Source: a virus
Lineage: Duplodnaviria > Caudoviricetes
DNA length: 56,303 bases
Virus record (IMG/VR): IMGVR_UViG_3300032216_001772
Span: 1 to 56,303 of that record
Direction: 5' to 3' (one strand)
Made by a program: the position numbers and the translations under genes
Notes under the pieces: model-generated
Seen by the model: the letters and a program-made list of their open reading frames with translations, nothing else
What the model was told of the DNA's origin: nothing
The model's database searches: none
In this document: piece by piece, positions 55,669-56,303 of the stretch
How the letters are laid out: the number at the start of each line of letters is the position of its first letter
Position numbering within the stretch: the stretch's first letter is position 1

Positions 55669-56247
55669 TTATACCCTGGAAAATTTCATAGACAACTTCC
55701 ACTCCATCATTGTTTTATTGCTTTTGCTGCTATTACATGAAAAACATAATGATTGCAAGTTGCCCTCACTATGAGTTCCACCACGAGAAATAGGAATAAT
55801 ATGATCAATACTAATATTGTTCGTTGATTCACAAACAACACAAGGTGAGAAGCGTAACTTATTTAAGAATTTAATAGAAACATGATAGACACCATTATTG
55901 TTTAGCCTAGACCTACGACGATGCTTATGCTCACTCTTTGTTTCAGGACGAAGCCTATATCTTTCTCTTTGAAGATAGTTAACTCTGTCTTTGTTATTTT
56001 TATTCCATAAAGAAGTTTGTTGTTTTCTGAGATCTTTATTTTTCTCATAATTGATGTGAGTTTTTTCAAGCTTATGCTCTCTAGTTTTTACATAATACTT
56101 TTTATGATATAAAGATCTAGATTCTTTTGTTTTAGCTAGATAATCTTTTGTACAAGATTTACATTGAGATCTTGGTTTTCCATGATATAGATAAAATTCA
56201 GAATCTGGTTGTATTTGTTTACACTTACTACATGTCTTATGTGTCAT
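55669..56247 (-). CDS. HNH endonuclease with N-terminal Zn ribbon (homing type)
   Basis: KTCSKCK...CKSC; CVVC...IDHIIPISRGGTHSEGNLQSLCFSCNSSK. Confidence 0.93.
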   Translation of the reverse strand: MTHKTCSKCKQIQPDSEFYLYHGKPRSQCKSCTKDYLAKTKESRSLYHKKYYVKTREHKLEKTHINYEKNKDLRKQQTSLWNKNNKDRVNYLQRERYRLRPETKSEHKHRRRSRLNNNGVYHVSIKFLNKLRFSPCVVCESTNNISIDHIIPISRGGTHSEGNLQSLCFSCNSSKSNKTMMEWKLSMKFSRV

Positions 56248-56303
56248 TACGATACCCCCTAAAAGAATGGAGTGTTCTTATCCTTCTTTGACTTCTTAAT
56301 AGC

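Noticed and set aside
1-56303. Alternative genetic code or stop-codon recoding
   Set aside because: Long structural genes translate intact with the standard code, and the short early genes have their own RBS or leaderless starts

Overview
The window is a segment of a large lytic siphovirus-type (Caudoviricetes) genome, most likely infecting an Actinobacterium. The host call rests on leaderless genes, an actinophage-type M15 endolysin, an NrdH-like protein and actinobacterial promoter motifs. Bases 1-42.7 kb (minus strand, AT-rich) are the virion and lysis module: tail fibres and adaptors, M23 peptidase, endolysin with a nested holin-like segment, portal, protease/scaffold, major capsid protein, head-tail connectors, major tail protein, two paralogous tail chaperones, a 2918-aa tape measure protein and tail-tip proteins. 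No terminase is in the window. Bases ~43.9-55 kb (plus strand, different codon usage) are an array of about 40 mostly tiny genes plus two tRNAs, arranged as repeated cassettes. Its main unexplained structure is a pair of linked patterns. (1) Sixteen promoters match TGTC(A/C/T)G-N10-(T/C)ANNNT, the geometry of the actinobacterial PafBC/RecA-NDp DNA-damage promoter. (2) GATC, CCGG and GGCC palindromes are essentially absent from the coding DNA of this array but are packed into 13 GC-rich intergenic linkers, often followed by GT(T/A)A(C/T)-N6-GTTA(C/T) boxes. I infer a first-injected host-takeover region coupled to DNA cleavage or damage sensing; this is untested. Other candidates are three conserved RNA pseudoknots, two hairpin small RNAs with pyrimidine-rich loops, an ART-like cargo domain in the tape measure protein, and a peptide-docked fibre chain. 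All motif counts were made by eye and family assignments are from motif recognition, not database searches.
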